From positions 1 to 45,222 of the forward strand of contig MEDY01000249.1 of NCBI GenBank assembly GCA_001724265.1: DNA of 45,222 nt. Reading direction: 5' to 3'. The first letter of the stretch is position 1; each line of letters starts with the position of its first letter. A program made the translations under genes and the position numbers. Below are positions 27,101 to 37,362 of this stretch, piece after piece. Source of the stretch: Rhizaria sp. SCN 62-66 (Eukaryota). The notes beneath the pieces are model-generated. The model had not been told where the DNA came from. It did no database searches and saw nothing but the letters and a program-made list of their open reading frames with translations.

Positions 27101-29808
27101 GTCATAGCGTCACTGCCAGCGGTGTCACTGTGTCGCAGCACGTTATCGCACCGAGCTCGATCACTGCGATTGAGGAGAGCAGTGGCCACGGCTGCGGCAT
27201 CGATCCGTTCTTCCCTCCGGCGCCTTATCACACCGATGCGCCGACCGTGAAGCAGCACCACGCTGGCGCTAGCTCGGTCAAGAACGTGCCAAGCGCTCGC
27301 GGCAGCCTGAGTGTAGATGCCGGTGCCGGTCAAAAGCCGACTGCACTTGCTTCTTCATGTGCCTCTAGCGGCGGGTACCTGAACCACGACGCGATTTATG
27401 CCGCAGCCGCCGACAGCGACGACGCAGACAGTGAAGAAGACGAGGCCGCGCGCGCGCGCACGCGCGCCCGGCTTGCACTCGCGAACAGCGGTGCTCACAG
27501 TCAGCTCCCGCAAAATTCCACAAGCGGCCAACAGCAGGCAAAGGCTGGCGCTGCGCTTGTGAAGACGACAACTGGGTACTTGCATTCGACGAACCCGAGT
27601 ACTTACATCGACGACATCGACGCCGACTCCGGTGACGACGATGCCCCCTATGCCAACCCAGCGCAGCCTTCGCTGCGGCTGTCGGCGCCGCTGTGCCACC
27701 GCGGCCTCACTTCCGTCCGCGCAGACCGGACGCTGTACGCGCGCTGTGTCGCAGAGCGGCGTCGCCGGCGCACTGAGGGCTGGGACGCGCTCTCAGCGCT
27801 GCTTACCAAGACAGTATCTATCGGCAGCGAGGCCGAGGCCGTTGTCGCCAACGCCAGCCTCGGTCGCAAGACCACGAGTTTGAGCACCACTACCGCTCGC
27901 GATGGCCGGATTTCTCGCACAAACACCGCGGTCATCACTGTTCCTGCCCCCGTTGTCGTTGCGCCCGCACCTGCGCCGGCGCCGGCCCCCGCCGCAGCGT
28001 CGACGGGTGGTTGGTTCTCCTCTCTTCTCGGCTTCGGGTCCAGTGCGGCGGCCACGGCACTGCCCGCGACCGCAGCCGACGGTGACGCCGCCGCTGGTGG
28101 TGGTGGTGGCCACGTGGTGCCGGGCGCGTCCTCTGACAATTCGCCCGCGCCGGTGCTCGCTCTGCTGGCGACCGCCGCGTCGTCGCTGCCGTTCCCGTCC
28201 CTGCTGCCGCGCTACGCGCCCGCGCTGTCACTCTCCCCGGCGCTGGCGGCGCTGCCCGCGCTTGCCGCGACGACGGCGCACCCGGACCCTCTGTGTCCGT
28301 GGTATCAAACCACGCTCGTCTCCACGGTCACGCCGCCCACGCACCGCACGCGCTCCGCGAGCTCCAGCTCTAGCAACGCGAGCGGGAGCGGGAGCCTCGC
28401 TGCCGCGCTGCTCGCGGTCGGGATCGACTCGATGATCTCCGCGACGCTCGGCCCCGCGCCCGCTGCACTGCTGTACCAGGCTGCCGTCGCCGCCGCGGCG
28501 GTCGGCGCAGCGGCGGAAGACGCGGCGGCTGCGGCGGCTGCGGAGGGCCGCTCAGGGCGTGCGCTCACGGCCACCAGCGACAGCTACATCGCTGCGCTGT
28601 CTGTCGCAGCGGCGCTGGCCCCGCGCCAGCTTGGTATCGACTTTGCTCTCTATCCTCCCAACGCTACGAAGACGAGCGCCACGGACGATAACAATACTAT
28701 GCACGCTGCTTCTGCGAATGTTGCTAATGTTGTTGCGGGTGGATTGGGTTTTGTCACGCTCACCCCGTCGCTGCCTCACTTGCTGTTCTTCTCCCGCGAC
28801 CGCGTCGGTCACACTGTCCCCGCGCCGCTCGGTGCGTCCTTCGCCGTTCCCGCTCTCGCCGGCGCGCTGACGCTGCCGACGACTGCGGCCGGCGACGGCG
28901 GCATCAGCAACGGCTGTGGCCACCGCGACTGGGTCTCGGCCGCGGAGGCCGACTTAGAGCGCTGCCATATGGTGCTCTCGCTCATCGATCCCGACCACGC
29001 GCTCAGTCAAGCCGCCGGCGGCGCACGCCCGAGCTCTGTTGCAACGGCTATCCAGGACAACAATGCTCGCGCCGCCGCAAGCGCTGGCGGCAAGGCAGCT
29101 CTCCCGCCACTGCGCCGCGCCCCGGCCCCCGCCAAGGGCGTCCGCTCCCGCGGCGCCGCGCTGGTGCGCCGGCTCCACACCACGCGTCTCTGCTACGCCG
29201 CCGGCTGGGCCGCGCTCGACTCGTTCGACACCGTGGCGCAGCTGTCTCCGCTGCCGCGACCGCCCGGCGCCCGTGCGGCCCGCGGCGGCTGGGCCGGCGA
29301 CTGGCGCTGCGACGGAGACGCGCTGTCCGCCGCGGAGGCGCACAGTCAGCTGCTGCGCATCAATGCACTTATCACAGCGCAACGAGCGCGGTCACTGACA
29401 GTCACCGTGACAGCTGACAGCAGCAGCAGCAGCAGCAGCAGCAGCAATAAGGCGAATGCTTCCGCTGCGACTGTGCGTGTCCCCGTGGCTGTGCCTGTGT
29501 TCTACCACGCCTCGGCCGTGCACCTCGAAGTAACCACGCTCGTTCTGGCGCGCCATCTATTCTCCCACGCGCCCGGCGGCGGCATTGACGGCGTCCCCGC
29601 TGCCACGACCCGCGCTGTGTCGCGTCTGCCTCTACTCGTCGCGCTCGCGCACCACGGGTTCCCCGCGCCGCTGGCTCGGCTTGCGGCCGCGTTTCCGGAG
29701 CTGGCGCAGCGGACGGAGGCGCTGTGGATGGCGCTTGACCTCCATAGGGCGGCGACTGGGGCCACGCTTGGCGAGGTGATGGCCGGGGTCAACAACATCG
29801 TCTCATAA
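18148..29808 (+). CDS. Giant intronless Ala/Ser-rich hypothetical protein, ~3886 aa
   Basis: 11.66-kb uninterrupted ORF. The first ATG is at 18148 (the track starts at an upstream TTG). Codon style and poly-A/N/D tracts match neighbouring genes, and both flanks are AT-rich. No family recognised with confidence. Confidence 0.85.
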   Translation: MEKTRLVDVLIGASLASAPPHDTSLIRAQTLALQVRSVHEVYRSLDLAIVGFLLELVRNPRTPLDKLPTPPSQLITTVLISIDPSLSLNAPTAAATALVPSGASSQSTANAANPASASAGAGPGGVAAGLVSPAGPRRAPASVYARQSLNSHAPRPALFVASLAAARFSRPLCMRLLAVHELTEALLTPLPTLSYDAAASNNSATNAAKNTAAAAAAAASAAAAAAATTATAAASATAAGIRSHTRIGVTYGPLFSCHPTPLSTLTPSNASSSSSSSSGVNAAASSRHSSGAANDGAVNNAGSAAAAATRGGVNAAATPTAPMIVTASSATVAASSSSLAAAALALSSSSAPLRRSPPGVTATNTATATARRLARAPDASLLAIRFVWRQALHRLRIALARKRTFFVNMNRRAIVAAATTAAVAAASATHNAHNMANLTANATTSTAMGSTNMHSNPFSPLLSDAAVLAAVATTESQAASRYYQRLQQQHQLPIDDPDRFLHDFDPQLEQAHKNAFFPRAEDAYYFSPGGLALSDTDTDAGTSAFGSGSGGGLTYERRSALTVTSLSLIGGVPPMPPSVAAAVAATATLSPAAASAALAAVLASPYAAAVGTTTTTANIGSGGAGHSGARSSKRGARGPLMLLSAAHSRLQTAHSHLVALHTSALARVLAAGSASASLSTPLDGEGGPAAAAWAAVAAVTAASVAPQPPHPPLPALLAASCPSAVQSHAAGSASAAVAAAAATASAASNPSTGVLVAAGNASAHASYDAAAGTVALGGDELWGWYLYGMGITRKHEGNARGTQGAHGQSYYGYGTRGARGGHGDRGSLLLLPNERRIPRFHLGSKGVGAYNRGDDAYGNDDYDDDDDEDDDDNDDDDGGSYHPRYNNSSQRNNYNNNNKNNDDDDDDDDSARLVFSSPRSRRYGPGLSASHLRTSGVSVYARSHPRISARARAAARAAAAAAATAARLSFTLPPFLPSNAITSTNGNHNNSTSGFGPQQQHLGVFAASAAAATDAGAGSGAVAARLAPVWHVSPFLTPNKHNSASNNSSGRTRASANSLASILSGTANATGGSSFGAVAAAAFKSAESAIATALSGRDLDANSLLALSQSAAAVAAATEQILSSKSLETKPPRPDFKKSDDPGVANVYPRITLHNNSSTNSHNNNTTNTNTASANVSCLFSLAVALAAIPADYTLARLTVAAAADVDRRLGLTPAPAQTAATTDSASVKSIPVSTGGSRSFTAGSLANPVAVASQAPQVTSSAAAAAAATAARVTAAGGAHSLTPHQLASLYTTANPYSTATAAGTMTVGGSRARGNPSKAQSQSSSNSSFRSGGNAALDGSKQGSDRLRGGADLSDSGATSKGGLRVMRARMPTLPRPIRSQNVSTSVSVANCNSVAGDAALLTVADVSAINSGVPTAPTLTQMASGTATNDGSASNADMQLLLPAPSVSSTSSGSNSELSNLLSNNNAGSAGNALASPTATTLTLPGSVSGASSGARLSGSQLVDASGKEWVSGSEVLTQIDDDDDDDDLNNNNNGDITDYDSSNSSNNSGIIAAETRLLVSTLTPLPAFLLLDEPRGSAPAFPQCGPTHPLWAQWAQQGLLTGNILPEPKGQLKGVSASVSDPLATAMTLTSPQHTLTFNSNSTSNSNYKNYVKKTATGADTKKRKPKQPSASTSDDVSGNTTNEVAVAPALTLGYLHSPLRDVSGVSVPSRTNASTLVSTPLDSCNGNAATGSVCGGSTSLTVSAGTGLTVTLTRTTTVNTESKDSNADDKAKLGRPQTRTCTRMYTQKTVTVSTSSAAAATAIGNDDAAVNKATATTAKDLTVMPTATAAQLLLPTVTALTVAGAAAAHRNTAQTATGPADCDCEQRGGLTSASSAASAADDYILHPAQTCRHRTYAAHFLERAAATADAAAATAASLAAAGPALLTRAPFAAALATAATAAARDHGNLLAPVATSLIAYSGGNVNSASAAGNSINVYSVTNTGGGGGGGTLPLLPPPRRFLTAASAATASPAALQQHPQPSTRRLLRLLPTGQAPLAGLAALSRRLLDTFILPGTSQLAEAAAVVATAAASAAANNDPTLRARLDARPLDGDVPDAPLHYLSAHHLLSDCELQQQTPESLAAAVMGGRLNIAAILEGRRLPRVLHAFSPLRPPSATSAAAAAATAAAAAAASAAASGGSAGIGAVAVGAGAAATVAGANAAAVAALLALYGINTTAANSPSNVDGARGRGGLLSGRRGVASRNAGNTAGAASAATLLRLLAAADVVVPGNSANSSSSAADAEVGGVVNMTTSANNVNTSSSTSGAGVLHKLRHLATPPSALAAEDSSSASASGVAVANEKQQRLTVFGSAPSALSTAAAAAVTTQSHAVPAALAPVSRLYPALTLMHRRARSAALLARRSITPAAADASECSDSERLSDSAPESGSGSDSDNEEEEEEEEDVAPARVPPQLAAAGAVTACTRLGATKAVRSALATARSTRMHLLRAWRRAPSSTPQNGQTAEGTADSALSFFGPVAFDATRLVFLTPGHATTLHALVTAAPAVLLRARNSADAQSSLTAAAAAAAAAAVASSSSGLYYKSLLLGTPAPRHVSRSLWELRIGRALTTFALTRVWRHPDLTSQGRLNFDHSRPNFGTAAVITGRGVNAFSNNKDYQPTGLAWAVYKMMYTFYRVCHALKQTNAVTATGAGPSSANVKEQQRRARQLQRRRARAAAAAVSHAILLTVTSGCVSLSYSSVDASSYSSTLAAVVAVTATDAAAILSLPAPAATTLKAVTAELFAAAETDAFALAPAAAPAPNGAALALPPLPLRVSQGQLAWLSWAASDLKKKDSNANAIVDSNRSISERSGDFGVSVSGPLIIYDYFGTDGLCPYTTNDLHNHANSNSSSAKRNVKSSDAVCADSSAAAVVARHHRLAARRVVTAALRGGTGADLFYAAYLQSSQLDGMVSAPLDVPEAAFEYDDSDCDEDSQSASTGTIMNSHSVTASGVTVSQHVIAPSSITAIEESSGHGCGIDPFFPPAPYHTDAPTVKQHHAGASSVKNVPSARGSLSVDAGAGQKPTALASSCASSGGYLNHDAIYAAAADSDDADSEEDEAARARTRARLALANSGAHSQLPQNSTSGQQQAKAGAALVKTTTGYLHSTNPSTYIDDIDADSGDDDAPYANPAQPSLRLSAPLCHRGLTSVRADRTLYARCVAERRRRRTEGWDALSALLTKTVSIGSEAEAVVANASLGRKTTSLSTTTARDGRISRTNTAVITVPAPVVVAPAPAPAPAPAAASTGGWFSSLLGFGSSAAATALPATAADGDAAAGGGGGHVVPGASSDNSPAPVLALLATAASSLPFPSLLPRYAPALSLSPALAALPALAATTAHPDPLCPWYQTTLVSTVTPPTHRTRSASSSSSNASGSGSLAAALLAVGIDSMISATLGPAPAALLYQAAVAAAAVGAAAEDAAAAAAAEGRSGRALTATSDSYIAALSVAAALAPRQLGIDFALYPPNATKTSATDDNNTMHAASANVANVVAGGLGFVTLTPSLPHLLFFSRDRVGHTVPAPLGASFAVPALAGALTLPTTAAGDGGISNGCGHRDWVSAAEADLERCHMVLSLIDPDHALSQAAGGARPSSVATAIQDNNARAAASAGGKAALPPLRRAPAPAKGVRSRGAALVRRLHTTRLCYAAGWAALDSFDTVAQLSPLPRPPGARAARGGWAGDWRCDGDALSAAEAHSQLLRINALITAQRARSLTVTVTADSSSSSSSSSNKANASAATVRVPVAVPVFYHASAVHLEVTTLVLARHLFSHAPGGGIDGVPAATTRAVSRLPLLVALAHHGFPAPLARLAAAFPELAQRTEALWMALDLHRAATGATLGEVMAGVNNIVS

Positions 29809-30038
29809 TGGCGTTCGCTTCACTAATATTCATCTATATAGTCGATTGTAGTTTAAATAATTCATAACTTCACTAAGTAAAACAAAATACACTTGTTTAT
29901 TTGACAATACTCTTTCGTACGTTAAGTAACAATCATACTTGAGGCACACATTATGGCTCTGGACATAGCCATGAATAAATCATACGAACACCAACTGGCT
30001 CATTGCCAGCGCAGGTGTTGCTAGTGTAGATTTAGAAA

Positions 30039-33000
30039 TCAATCACGCTGGAGCATACGCGAGAGCATCTTGCCTGCCTTGTACAGCGCATCCTGCCCCT
30101 GTTTCTTCATCATCGACAAAAAGTACTTCATGAGGAAGAAATCAAGTCCAGACCCGACCTTGCCAGCGGCCTTACCGAGACCTGCGACGAGCGCTTTGAT
30201 GCCGGGCTTGTCCCCCACGGCCGCAAGCAGGGCCGTGAAGAACTTGAACAGGAACAACACATCCACCGACGACAACTCGTCAAAGTCAAAGTCGGACAGG
30301 AACGCAAGCGGAACATACCCGTTCTGCGTCAGAAATGCCGCCAGCGAGGCGACGTTGGCAACCGCGCGCGCCTGGTTCGAGTCGCCCGCATTGGCGGCCT
30401 CACGCCACTCCTTCAGCACGTTCCACAGCACAACTTTGGCCGTGAACCCCCACCGGCGAGCGTCAACGCTGCACAACTGGCCCACGAGCGCGGCGTAATA
30501 GGGGTTAAACGCGCCCTCTTGCGAGCAGCAGTGGATGATCACGCGCACCACCTGCGGGTCCTGCTTGGAGTTTAAGTTAAGCTTCCGAAGCTTCTCGAAC
30601 GCATCGAGGTAGTCGCTGCTCCCCATGACGATCGAAAAGACTGCGCGGCGGATGTTGGTGTTCATGCCCTGTTGCGCAGCGAGCTCGTTCAGTGCATCCA
30701 ACTCAGCGCCAGCGCCGTCGTCACTGAACTCATCCTCGCTGTTGTCCTTGCTCTTCTTGCTCTCCTCATCGGCCTTGCGCTTGAGCCCGATAGTCGCAGG
30801 GCGGAAGGCGGCGCCGACGAGCCACCAACGGCCCGTCTCCGGGATTGCCAGCACGTCGTCCCAGTTCGCGTTGATCTGCCGCTCCGCCGCCACAGCGACG
30901 CCGGCCTTGTCGCCGCTGCTGCTGTGGGACTTCTTGCCGTCCTTACCCTTCCCGTCCTTGTTTTTCCCGTGCGACACCTTGGAGTCCTTGTGCACCGGCA
31001 CGTGTTGCACGATCCACTTGGTGAGAGTCGCCACGTGTTCCTCGCTGCCGTCCGCCGGCCACTGGTTGTTGCGCAAGCGCGTCAGGGCGTCGTTAAGGTT
31101 GGGGAAAGCGAGGGAAAGATCACGGTCGACGCCGCGGCGGACGGAGGACTGGATGTCGGAGATGACCTGCTTCAACGCCACAGGATCGTCCTATAGTAGA
31201 CAACACAAAACAAAGAAAATATAAAGATTTGATGAATTAATATTGAGAATGTCGATAAAAGAGGCGATATCAAATTGCATATATGACTTTCAGCTCTTCA
31301 ATTAATTCGTAGATATTTCGCAGGCTTAAATTTCAGTTTTGTTGAGTGTTCTGATAACATACCTGGCGTAAAGTCAAGCCGCAGATGTTGAACATCGCGG
31401 TGATGGCGTCAGCGCGCACATCCCACGGCAAGTCCTTCTCCTTGGCCGCGAGCAAGTGCGCAACGCCGCCGAGCGCGAGCGCAGTGGAGACAACCTTGAA
31501 GACAACAAGCGCGCCGAGCACAGTGAACAACGACGGCAGAGCACGCGGGTTAAGCTTCGGCAGCGATGTGGCGTTGTAGTGGCCGCAGAGGTAGTCGATC
31601 TCAAGCACCACGCGCTCCATGTGTACCGTGCCGACCTGCGTGCCGTGGATACGGTGCAGCGCGGCGACGATCGCGGTCATCGTGGACAAGATCGCCGGTA
31701 ACACGCGCGGTTGCGCGAGACACGTGTGCTGGATACAGTGGCACAGCGCCTCGTTCAGGTCACCACGTGACGTCGCCGTGATCATTTTCTCGACCTCGGC
31801 GAACGCATTGGTGAGCGTCAACGGCGAGATCTTGTTCAGGATACCGTTGATCTGCTGTCGCATGCGTGCGATGACTGGGTTAGCCGCGCCCGCAGTGAGC
31901 GCAACCACCTCACCACTCTGCGCACTCGCGCTCGCACTCGCGCTAGCAGCGTTACTAGCGGCGTTGGCGCCAGCGCTGGAGCCAAAGCCGGACTCTGCGG
32001 CGGCGGCGGCAGCGGCCATCGCCTTGCGGACGGCAGGGGGCACGTACTTGCCAGCGCTGGCCGCACCACCGTCAGCACCAGCAGCAGCAGCAGCAGAAGC
32101 GGCGGCGGCGAGTGAGGAGAGCGAGCTGCCGCCGGCCGCGGCAGGCGTGGTCTTGACCGCAAACCCGGCGGAGATGGGGGTGAACGAGAGCGCGTTGCTG
32201 CCACCGGCAGAGGCGGGGTTGGCGTCCGGAAGGTCGCGACCGAAGATGTCGGGCTTCTTAGCCTTCTCCTTGGAGTTGGCCTTCTCAGCAGCCTCTTCCT
32301 CGGCGGCAGCCTCATTATGCTCGTCATCCTCCTCATCATCCTCGTCTTCGTCATCACCGCCCTCGTCTTCGTCTTCGTCGGGATTGACAAGTTCAATCTG
32401 GTCGTCAGCAAAGGCGGAGCGACCGCGTTTGCTCTTGGCACCGCCGTTTTCGTCGTTGTCGTCGATGTCGCTGTCGCCGCCGAGGAAGCTGTTGGCGTAC
32501 GCTTGGTCACTCATCCCGTCGTCGTCATCGTCATAGTCAGAGCCGTACTCGTACCCCAGTTCGCGGGCGCGCTGAGTCAACAGACGTTGGTACTCCTCCT
32601 CAGTGATATCTTCCTCGTCCTCGTCCTCGCCACTGTGGCCGTCAATGTCGTCGACGTCGCCTTCCATATCAGCATCGTCGTCGGCGCCCTCGCCGTGTCG
32701 GTAGTCGCGGAGGAAGGCGTCCATGTCATCGCCTTCCATGTCAAAGTCGCCCTCCAGAGTGTCCATGTCATCATCATCTCCGCCAGCATCAGCAGCGTCA
32801 CCGTCGAACTCACTGTCGTCGTCGCTGTCATCGTCGCTATCGGAGTCAGACTCGGAGGACTCGGTGTCAGACTCAACCGCTGTAGGCTTCTTGCCACTCA
32901 TCTTAGCCGCCTTGGCCGCAGCGGCGACCTTCGCAGCCTTAGCCTGAGCCTTGGCGGCGGCCTTAGCAGCCTTCTTCTCTTCCTTAGCCTTAGCCTTGGC

Positions 33001-33651
33001 GGCAGCCTTCTCGGCCTTGAGCTTCATCTCACGCTCCCACTTGAGCACCTCGCTCTTACTCTCGTCGAACTTGGCCAGCGGCTTCCTGCCCTTGGTCTCG
33101 ACTGTGCTCGCCGCCACAGGCAGCAAGATATCGAACAAATCGTCGATGCCGTCCTGGCGGAACTCCTTGATCAGCTGCGAGCCCTCGGAGAAGGCGTCGG
33201 TGGACTTAATACCGAGCTTCTCGCGGAGATACTCCATCTCAAACTCGTCCTCCCACGTCGGGCGGAGCTTCTCATCCAACTCCGCACCCGAGGTTTTGTC
33301 AAGCATGCTCTGGAGCTTGCTCAAACTGCGACCGCCGCCGCCGGCCTTCTCGTCACCCTTGTTCGCGCTTGAGGTAGCGGGCTTGGAGCGCTTGGCGGAG
33401 TGTGACGGGAGCGCGTCGTCGGCGGCGCTGTCGGCCTCATCATCGTCGTCGTCGTCGCTGGCGTTCGTGATGGCGGCGATGGTCGGACGGCGGGCGAGAA
33501 CTGAGTTGGAGCGGCCACCAAAAGCGCGTGAGGCGGCACCGGCGCCAAACGACGCGGTAGCAGAAGGGCGGTGAGGCTTCTCCTTGGCCGCGGGCTTCGC
33601 TGGGGCGCCCTTGGACTTGCCACTGGAGGGCGGGTTGGAGCGGGGCGGCAT
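30039..33651 (-). CDS. NOM1: Nucleolar MIF4G/MA3 domain protein NOM1/Sgd1, ~1146 aa: complement(join(30039..31190,31363..33651))
   Basis: Acidic/basic N-terminus, then GKYVPPAVR, INGILNKIS (MIF4G start), LRQDDPVALK (formed across the splice), GRWWLVGAAF, QGMNTNIRRAVF, SSDYLDAFEKL and QEGAFNPYY (MA3). One phase-0 GTATGT..TAG intron. Confidence 0.9.
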
Positions 33652-34169
33652 GGCGAACGAGGCTTGTGTTGCTGCCGCGGACTTGTCGCTGCGATAAGCT
33701 AAAAGAAAGGGGTGTGATTGAAAAAATTTAATAAATCATTAGCATACACAATTTATATCATGATACTGTGTCTGACTCTTGCATAACGGTTTTTGCGGTG
33801 AGATATGTTGGTTGCAAGAATGGGCTTTGTGGTCGAGCATCGAGAAGCAACCCCGCTACCACAAATCGTCAAACAAAAACACCAAGGAGTGGAATTGAAG
33901 CTATATTTGTATTGTTTTGGGTGTTTTGTGTAAAGCATACAGATTAGTTATCAAAATATCTTCGTTTTCTTTGTTCTTATTTCTCAGTTATAGAAGTATA
34001 TCTCACTACATAAACATTATATTGTCGCGCGCAACACGACATAGCAGTCACTCTTCGCCACTCTTCATTCGCCTAACTTGCTTCGTTGGCAACAACAGAA
34101 AGACAGCGCACGTCGCGGTGTACCCGCGCTGCGCTGTGTCGATGTTGCACGCGGCCAGTGATCGCGACT

Positions 34170-36362
<2,193 letters not shown>

Positions 36363-37362
36363 TGGTCTCTCTGAAGTTGGGAAGCGGCAAGGGATGCACA
36401 CGGTGGGGTGAGAGGAGGGTGAGTCAGGCCTAACGATAACAAACTCGAGCGGCGTACAAACAAGCCAATACATGACTAGGATAGAAGTCAGAAAGGAAAT
36501 ACAGCATAATATCGTAAGGATCACATCAGGACACACCAGAGACAATGCGTCTCATTCCTGCTAATGCTCATGGTAAGCCGGAACACTGGCGGGAAGGATC
36601 TGGTAGTCGATCGTGGTCAGATGAGAGATTGGTTTTCAAGAGCACAAGATCCCGACGCAAGAGCCGCACCGCATGCATGCTGAGTAAATACAACAGTCTA
36701 CACGACATATACAATGCTAACCAAAATGGTTAGAGTACGAATGAACAAGCGTCGGGTGCACAGGAGCAGTCTAGATTCGAACGAGTCAGAGCACTTCGAC
36801 CGAAGACTAGACTCTTCGACTGCCGACTGCTGTTGGCCGTTGCTCACGGTCACTTCGGGCAGGGTGACCTTCAGTCTCCTCTGAGCACCTCTAAAAAGTA
36901 CTCTCTAGCACGATGCATCTTCCGTTAATGGCTGTTTCAAGAAGTGTCTCATTATCTACTTCTAATAATTGTTACCTAAATCTGTATATTGTGTCATCAC
37001 ACTCCTGCTGTGCCTCATTTGCAGAGTCGTTACCAACGGCCTGCCAGATGACTAACATTCCCCTTACTCCAAACCATTTCGAACGACACCCATGCCTTGA
37101 AATAACATATTTGATGATCTTATTTTATTGATTCTGAAACTAACGTAACGTTTGTACGTTTTTCACACTATTTCATTCTTGATCATGCCATCCAGGTCGA
37201 CTTTAGTTTAGTTTTAGAGTTCTCGTTCAACGAGCTCCAACAATCGTCGCTTCTCACTTCACGCCCCGCACACGCAAAGCGAGTCAACCTCGCTCCCGTG
37301 ATCAACCCCAGTACCCTTCAACGAGCTTTTAAGTTTGTTCTGCTTCTGTACGTGTGAACAAA
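36363..37362. promoter_or_regulatory. Divergent intergenic/promoter region between RPT2 and the DUF4062-NACHT-TPR gene
   Basis: 1-kb gap between head-to-head start codons. Inferred from layout only. Confidence 0.4.
36755..36889. ncRNA. Candidate structured RNA/DNA element (unassigned)
   Basis: GC-richer island with nested complementary segments: GGTGC/GCACC, AGGAG/CTCCT, AGTCTAG/CTAGACT, GCCGAC/GTTGGC, GGTCAC/GTGACC. No known family recognised. Confidence 0.2.

Noticed and set aside
29418-29446. (CAG)9 and similar triplet runs (GGC, GAC, AAC) as repeat arrays or CRISPR-like structures
   Set aside because: They are coding homopolymer tracts (poly-Ser, Ala, Asp, Asn, Gln). There is no repeat-spacer pattern anywhere in the window.
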